Positions 62,660 through 64,000 of a stretch of DNA of 64,000 nt are shown piece by piece. The position numbers and the translations under genes are program-made. Each line of letters starts with the position of its first letter. Position 1 is the stretch's first letter. The notes below the pieces were generated by a model. The model made no database searches and was not told where the DNA came from. It worked only from the letters and a program-made list of their open reading frames with translations. Source of the DNA: Eledone cirrhosa. Its lineage: Eukaryota. The stretch lies in NCBI GenBank assembly GCA_964016885.1, contig OZ024741.1, forward strand, positions 270,816,001-270,880,000. The letters run 5' to 3'.

Positions 62660-64000
62660 TATCATAGACCAGGAGTCTCTGTCTTACAGAAGTTATGTTA
62701 CCTTATCATAGACCAGGAATCTCTGTCTTACAGAAGTTATGTTACATTATCATAGACCAGGAGTGTCTACTCTGTCTTACAGAAGTTATGTTACATTACC
62801 ATAGACCAGGAGTGTCTACTCTGTCTTACAGAAGTTATGTTACCTTATCATAGACCAGGAGTGTCTACCATGTTTTACAGAAGTTATGTTACATTATCAT
62901 AGACCAGGAGTCTCTACTATGTCTTACAGAAGTTATGTTACATTACCATAGACCAGGAGTCTCTGTCTTACAGAAGTTATGTTACATTACCATAGACCAG
63001 GAGTCTCTGTCTTACAGAAGTTATGTTACATTATCATAGACCAGGAGTGTCTACTCTGTCTTACAGAAGTTATGTTACATTACCATAGACCAGGAGTGTC
63101 TACTCTGTCTTACAGAAGTTATGTTACCTTATCATAGACCAGGAGTGTCTACCATGTTTTACAGAAGTTATGTTACATTATCATAGACCAGGAGTCTCTA
63201 CTATGTCTTACAGAAGTTATGTTACATTACCATAGACCAGGAGTCTCTGTCTTACAGAAGTTATGTTACCTTATCATAGACCAGGAGTCTCTATGTTATA
63301 CAGGAGTTATGTTAGATTATCATAGACCAGGAGTCTCTACTATGTCTTACAGAAGTTATGTTACCTTATCATAGACCAGGATTCTCTACTATGTCTTACA
63401 GAAGTTATGTTACCTTATCATAGACCAGGAGTGTCTACTATGTCTTACAGAAGTTATGTTACCTTATCATAGACCAGGAGTGTCTACTATGTCTTACAGA
63501 AGTTATGTTACCTTATCATAGACCAGGATTCTCTACTATGTCTTACAGAAGTTATGTTACCTTATCATAGACCAGGATTCTCTACTATGTCTTACAGAAG
63601 TTATGTTACATTATCATAGACCAGGAGTCTCTACTATGTCTTACAGAAGTTATGTTACATTATCATAGACCAGGAGTCTCTACTATGTCTTACAGAAGTT
63701 ATGTTACCTTATCATAGACCAGGATTCTCTACTATGTCTTACAGAAGTTATGTTACCTTATCATAGACCAGGATTCTCTACTATGTCTTACAGAAGTTAT
63801 GTTACCTTATCATAGACCAGGATTCTCTACTATGTCTTACAGAAGTTATGTTACATTATCATAGACCAGGAGTCTCTACTATGTCTTACAGAAGTTATGT
63901 TACATTATCATAGACCAGGAGTCTCTACTATGTCTTACAGAAGTTATGTTACCTTATCATAGACCAGGATTCTCTACTATGTCTTACAGAAGTTATGTTA
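62660..64000. repeat. Satellite of 44/48/49-bp monomers extending past the window end
   Basis: TATCATAGACCAGGAGTCTCTACTATGTCTTACAGAAGTTATGTTAC(A/C)T, ~28 copies. Confidence 0.97.

Noticed and set aside
62660-64000. CRISPR-like regular repeats
   Set aside because: Monomers abut with no unique spacers, there are no cas genes, and the context is eukaryotic

Overview
AT-rich eukaryotic DNA made almost entirely of repeats; I found no convincing host protein-coding gene. The SINE types, RTE LINEs and very long (TA)n/(CA)n/(TATG)n/(GAT)n microsatellites suggest an octopus or other coleoid cephalopod genome (inference). The left ~46.5 kb is a nest of retroelements in microsatellites. It holds many RTE LINE fragments (one family has a PHD finger inside the RT), a near-intact full-length L1/Tx1-type LINE, three Penelope-like (GIY-YIG) element fragments and an internally deleted mariner. 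The most striking signal, read by eye on both strands, is about 26 type I hammerhead ribozyme (HHR) motifs from roughly 15 unrelated families between 4.7 and 44 kb. They sit in non-coding tandem arrays (~430, 616 and ~469 bp units, like non-LTR retrozymes or Penelope pseudo-LTRs), in fold-back inverted repeats bounded by (TA)n, and in Penelope 3' regions. The right ~17.5 kb switches to tRNA-derived SINEs, TTAA MITEs, a Helitron, a CRE-like fragment, a minisatellite and a 44/48/49-bp satellite that runs off the window end. All structure calls are manual, none was computed, and most repeat boundaries are approximate.
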